Made by a program: the position numbers and the translations under genes
Notes under the pieces: model-generated
What the model saw: only the letters and a program-made list of their open reading frames with translations
Told to the model about the DNA's origin: nothing
Databases searched by the model: none
Part shown: positions 60,761 through 64,000 of the stretch, piece by piece
How positions within the stretch are numbered: position 1 is the first letter of the stretch
Layout: each line of letters starts with the position of its first letter
Assembly (NCBI GenBank): GCA_050084985.1
Contig: JBITNC010000001.1
Location: 96,224,001 to 96,288,000 of the forward strand
Source: Nageia nagi
Lineage: Eukaryota > Plantae > Pinophyta
Length of the DNA stretch: 64,000 bases
Direction: 5' to 3'

Positions 60761-63560
60761 TGTTAGAGTTTATAGAAACTATTAACATCAATGTTCAATA
60801 AAAAGATACTGCAAGTTGGTAATTCATTAAATATACATAAATGTTGGTTAAGTCATGGAGATATAAGTCAAGATTACACAAGATCACTAACATTTGTAGA
60901 ATTATGAAAGTGTTGCCAAAGAATCAAATACTATGAGATATCCATGTGAAGCCGTATTGAAGCAAAATAAGTGCACAAAAGAAAAGAAGAGAATAAAGTT
61001 CATAAATATGGGGCAGGCGATTAATCCGTAAAGGGGATCTCAATCATAATGAGCACAAAATGATTACAAGATCATGTTATAAGGAGCGGTACAAGTGTCC
61101 TTTAAATAGATATAACCACAACTACTAGATTACACAACAATATATTATAAGTTCAATCGCTGGTTGTCACTAATCTATCTATACACTCGTATTACAAATA
61201 GGAGTTAAGCATGTTGCCCTAATATTCATAAATACTTAAGTGTTAATAAACACAAGGCCTAAGCTAAGTCTAGCTTAACATCCAATACCCTCCCTTAAGT
61301 TGAACTTAGGGGGGCCATTATCATTTGACAAAGAGGCAAAGGTGTCTTCATCTCAACACCCTCCCTTGATGGTAGCTTCCCTCAAAGCCTTGCGCTTCTT
61401 GATCATCTACCTCAAATGAACAAAAGCGGTATCATCATTCTTTGTAGTTGCAATTCATGCAAGTTTCTCATGGACCTTCTTGAAGGTAGACAAGATCTTC
61501 CCTCCTTTCATCCTTTTCATGAGTGCAAAGTTTACTTGGTTCATGAATTCTCCTCTCAACTTTATTAAAAGACTATGTAGTAACAACATCCTTTGAATGA
61601 GTTGTATGGCAATGACTATCGAACCTATGGTTTCCATGATGATCCATGTCAATGCCACCATCCTTGTGAGAACCAACGTTCTCACCATCTATGTGAAGAC
61701 CACCATCTTCACGATCTTTGCGAGAATCAATATTCCTACCATCATCTTCATCTACAAAGTGAAGATCTCTCTTATGTCTATCACTATGCCCACCATGATG
61801 TTTGATGCGCACCATGATTCAAACCATGAAAACCCTTCACTAGATTGCTTCCAATGAACTTTTTAAGTTCGAACATCCTTGATCTCTAATTAACGACTCA
61901 AACTACAATGGCCTTGAAGTTGTTCTTAAATCCTTGATGTAGACCTTATCCTTGTAAAGCTCCACTTTCTTCCCACTTTGAGTCAATTAATACACAAATA
62001 GCAAATTGACATCCAATCTAGGCACATAGAAGACATAATGAATTTGCTCATCCTTGTACTTCACATCTTTGGTTCCAACAACAACAAGACCCTCATCATT
62101 GGCTATTTTCACAACCACTTCACCATTCTTGCCATGCTCATAGTTACTAAATGAACTCTCATTCATGTTCATATGGTGAAAAGCACCTGAATTAATGTAC
62201 CAATCCTCCTTAGAAGAAAAAGTTATAACCGCATAAGACCAAGAAAATGTTACCTCCTTCACATCATAAGAGGCCCTTGCTATGATCTAGAAGAAGCTCC
62301 TTTGGAAGAACCACCCTTCAATGCATTTAGCTCCTTTTGAAGTCTCGCAATTTAATCCTACACTCCTAGTAATTTGGCTTGCCACAAGAATAGCATCCTT
62401 TCTTCTTGTCATCTTGGTCATTGCTCTTTTTTCCTTTGGCTTTGCCTTTCCATTATCCTTAACTAATAGAGCTTGACCTTGCCAAGAGTTCTAATGCCCC
62501 TATCAACCTCATCTTGAAGAAGCTCTTTAAGCCTTCTAACAATGGGAAGCTCTATGAGACTACCAAGCTTCAAATTGCCCTGCAAAATGACCATCAAATG
62601 CCCAAAAGAAGTAGGCAAATTATCAAGAATGCTCTTGACAATTTCCTTGTCATCCATCTCCAAACCACCTATAGTCTTGAATGAATGAAGCTTGCAAGTG
62701 AAAAATTCTATTGAAAATGCATTCACCAAATTAAAATCTTGCAGTTTGATAGAAATTAACTCTTTGTGTAACTTGGCAATATTCTCCAATGATGCCTTCC
62801 CAAATAGCTCATGCAACTTCTCTCATAGGTCCTTTGGTTTGGTAAGATGCCCATTAGCCACATAATGCAACTTTGAAATAATGTTCATAGCCAATACTGC
62901 TCATGCAGTTTCATTATCTTCCTGTTTGACAATATTGGTAGAAGATTTATCAACAGTACGCCATGAATAACAAGCAAACAGATTCAACTTTACCTCATCT
63001 CTCCATTTCAAAAAATTGTCCCCATTCAAGGGATCCGCAAGTCACAACTAATTATGGTTCAGTTTCTAAATTTTTTGTCATAGATCTGGGAAAATAGATT
63101 GCACCATGCATAGAGCTTGAAAATATAGCCAAATTCAGTAAAAAAAAAAAGATCATTTTGAAACTTCCTACACATCAAAAGTTATGGCCTCCATAAGTTT
63201 GCATTAAAAAATAGCAAATAGAGGCAACTTTTGAAATACCTTAATTTTTGTGTCAAAGTTCGTACTGCACAATTGTTCGTATGATCAAAATGATCAACAT
63301 ATATGTACAATTGTAAGATCTGATGTCATCTATTGTACGGTCTGATGTCACCTACTTCTGTTTAAACAGACAGTTGAATCTACATGCTGATTCGAATCTG
63401 CATGATGTGGTATGCTGACATAACTCTTCCCGACACACATCACCCAAACCGAGTCAAATCCCAGCAGTCACTTACATCATGTTGGCATCACCCTATCATC
63501 ATCTAGGATTCTAGGCTACATAGTCCCATGGTTTCTCAGGTTCAATTTATCCCATCTTTA
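60761..63560 (-). mobile_element. Internally deleted Copia element: gag, protease, His/Asp-rich segment, PPT and 3' LTR (60761-61287)
   Basis: Gag PLNGDNF.KW and ELFGKAS..LHKELISIKL..ILDNLPTSF; protease WYINSGAFHHM..VFYVPRLDVNLL; PPT AAGGGAGGG next to LTR start T(A)TTGG; LTR end CTAACA. No integrase, RT or RNase H; 5' LTR not seen. Confidence 0.78.
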
Positions 63561-64000
63561 TGATGGTGATCATTAAGTATTCACTCACTTAAAAAATCTT
63601 TGTTTCAAGACCATTTCAGGTTCAATATATCCTGTTATAAGGAATGCAGTTTTAAATTTTCTTTTGAAACATCACTTGGGCACTCTAAATGATATGACTT
63701 AATATATTTTAATTTGTAATTAACTACAACCCTCAACCCAACTCCAATGCACTGAATCTTGAAGCTATGTTGAAAATTTGATTCACTGAATGTATGTTGC
63801 TTGTCTTTTCTCACTGGCATATAATTTAGCAGCGAGTTTTCCATTGTTCCTGTCATATGTTGTGTCATTTTATCTATGTTGTGTCTTCGTATTGATGTTG
63901 ACTCTGCAAGGGCTTCTTGGTTTATTTACGCTCATTTATCCTTAGTCTTTAATGAGGCATTTGTATTTCAAACATAATTCTAACATTGTATGTCTTCTTT

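Noticed and set aside
63635-63868. 77-aa minus-strand ORF as an upstream host exon
   Set aside because: No convincing splice sites or RimM N-terminal motifs; more likely another TE remnant, but not identifiable by eye.

Overview
AT-rich, CpG-poor eukaryotic DNA, most consistent with a large-genome seed plant such as a gymnosperm (inferred from the >12 kb TE-filled introns and the TE types). No prokaryotic operon, RNA gene or CRISPR array is present. Most ORFs in the track are TE debris or spurious. One host gene can be rebuilt by hand on the minus strand: 8 GT-AG exons between 39507 and 4515 splice in phase into a stop-free frame of about 440 codons. It encodes a RimM-like PRC-barrel end, three copies of a helical 'MP..QL...GR.DL...I...GG...V...L' repeat and a WW-like module. 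Its 5' and 3' ends were not found. The rest is nested, degenerate TEs: a full-length L1-type LINE with an extra third ORF plus 5'-truncated relatives, RTE-like LINE fragments, 3-4 kb TGTTG...CAACA solo-LTR-like elements with hairpin or ~183-bp arrays (one with its own ORF), three copies of a ~1.2 kb Gypsy LTR, Gypsy and Copia internal remnants, and hAT elements, one with its BED-finger segment amplified five times in an ABABA pattern. Several insertion boundaries are fixed by exact target-site duplications (TSDs).
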